This document shows, piece by piece, positions 63,100 through 64,000 of a stretch of 64,000 bases of DNA. Made by a program: the position numbers and the translations under genes. Each line of letters begins with the position of its first letter. Positions within the stretch are counted from its first letter, which is position 1. The DNA comes from an uncultured Pseudomonadota bacterium. GTDB taxonomy: Bacteria; Desulfobacterota; Binatia; Binatales; Binataceae. Under the pieces are notes generated by a model that saw only the letters and a list, made by a program, of their open reading frames with translations, was not told where the DNA came from and did no database searches. The DNA lies in NCBI GenBank assembly GCA_963795945.1, contig CAWCJN010000003.1:71539-135538 (forward strand), given 5' to 3'.

Positions 63100-63893
63100 A
63101 TGAAGGACCAGCAATCACAGGATATCAGCGGGACTGTTCAAAGCACCCTTCACTATTTCCATCGGAATGACGGTACAGAAGAAAATCCAGTGCAGCCCAG
63201 AGGACCCGGACGCTCCGCCGAATATACCGTGACGATCAGCGACGCTCGCCCGATGATCCGAGAGCTTTCGCTGGATCGACAGGGCTTCGTTCTGATTCAA
63301 CACGAAAGCGCGGTGGTGAATTTCTATGATTCTGACGAAGTCCGTGCGATCTATTACCCGGAGCTGCAACGACTAATCGCGGATGTCACTGGAGCGGAGA
63401 AGGTCGTGATTTTTGCCCACGACGTCCGTTGCGCGCCCAAGGCTGGAGTTGACGGCGTGCGCGAGCCAGTTTTCGCCGTGCACAACGATTACACACTCAA
63501 ATCCGGCCCTCAGCATGTCCACGATCTGCTATCCGCGGCGGAAGCGGCCGAGCAGCTGCAACGCCGGTACATCGAGTTGAATATCTGGCGGCCCATTCGC
63601 GGTCCGGTGCTGACTTGCCGCTCGCAGTCTGTGATGCGAGGAGTATTGCGCATCAGGATTTGGCGCCGGTCGAGTTAAAGCACGAGGTGTACATGGTGAG
63701 CTACAACCCAGCCCATCAATGGTACCATTTTCCGCTCATGGGGCCCGCCGAGCTGATCCTGCTCAAAGGCTTCGATTCAATAACAGACGGACGAGCGCGC
63801 TTTACCGCGCATACGGCGTTTCGCGATCCGCGTGTGCCGGCTGACGCACCGGCGCGCGAGAGTATCGAAGCTCGCGCACTCGCTTTCTTCTGA
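63100..63893 (+). pseudogene. CmcJ/NvfI-like oxidoreductase with one frame break near 63611-63613 (or a sequencing error)
   Basis: ORF 63100..63678 (..ELNIWRPIRGPVL) continues in ORF 63615..63893 (LPLAVCDARSIAHQDL...FTAHTAFRDP). Adding one G in GTGCTG(G)AC restores ..GPVLDLPLAVCDA. Confidence 0.6.
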
Positions 63894-64000
63894 TGACTTT
63901 TGGAGAATGGAAACAGATTCAGGCTTAAGCACCGGCGATCGATGTTTCACATGAAACATGGGGGGTCCTTTATCAGAGTTAACGGATAGCGGCCTTTACT

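Noticed and set aside
1-64000. CRISPR arrays, rRNA genes, prophage blocks
   Set aside because: I saw no regularly spaced direct repeats, no rRNA-like conserved stretches, and no capsid, terminase or integrase ORFs.

Overview
This is a high-GC bacterial chromosomal segment, probably from an uncultured or poorly studied lineage; I cannot assign taxonomy from sequence alone. It has about 60 supportable genes.

Housekeeping anchors:
- rsmI (partial)
- recA, pgpA and cinA
- addB/addA
- cobU, plus a cobalamin riboswitch in front of a TonB-dependent receptor

The left 27 kb is dominated by storage-lipid and PHA functions:
- two tandem WS/DGAT acyltransferases
- an acyl-CoA synthetase
- three paralogous lipase-like hydrolases and three paralogous GNATs
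- a monoacylglycerol-lipase-like hydrolase
- phaE-phaC
- a PlsC-type acyltransferase fused to a GYD domain
- a fused double family-III CoA-transferase

The most unusual locus is a three-gene operon at 25.3-26.9 kb. An orphan ParA-type ATPase is flanked by two small helical paralogs, one carrying a basic N-terminal tail, and there is no ParB. I interpret this, as an inference only, as a possible cargo-positioning system for storage granules.

Mobile DNA and decay:
- An intact IS3-family element (27-bp imperfect inverted repeats, 3-bp CAA target duplication, A6G frameshift site) splits a PspF-like sigma-54 activator.
- There is a degraded IS1595-type transposase remnant and a tRNA-Ser-like 3' fragment.
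- Catalase and Fur-family gene remnants lie back to back and both lack their 5' parts.

Several reading-frame breaks sit at short homopolymers (parA Walker A, a CmcJ-like gene, the Fur and catalase remnants). These need read-level verification.

No CRISPR array, rRNA or complete tRNA was seen.
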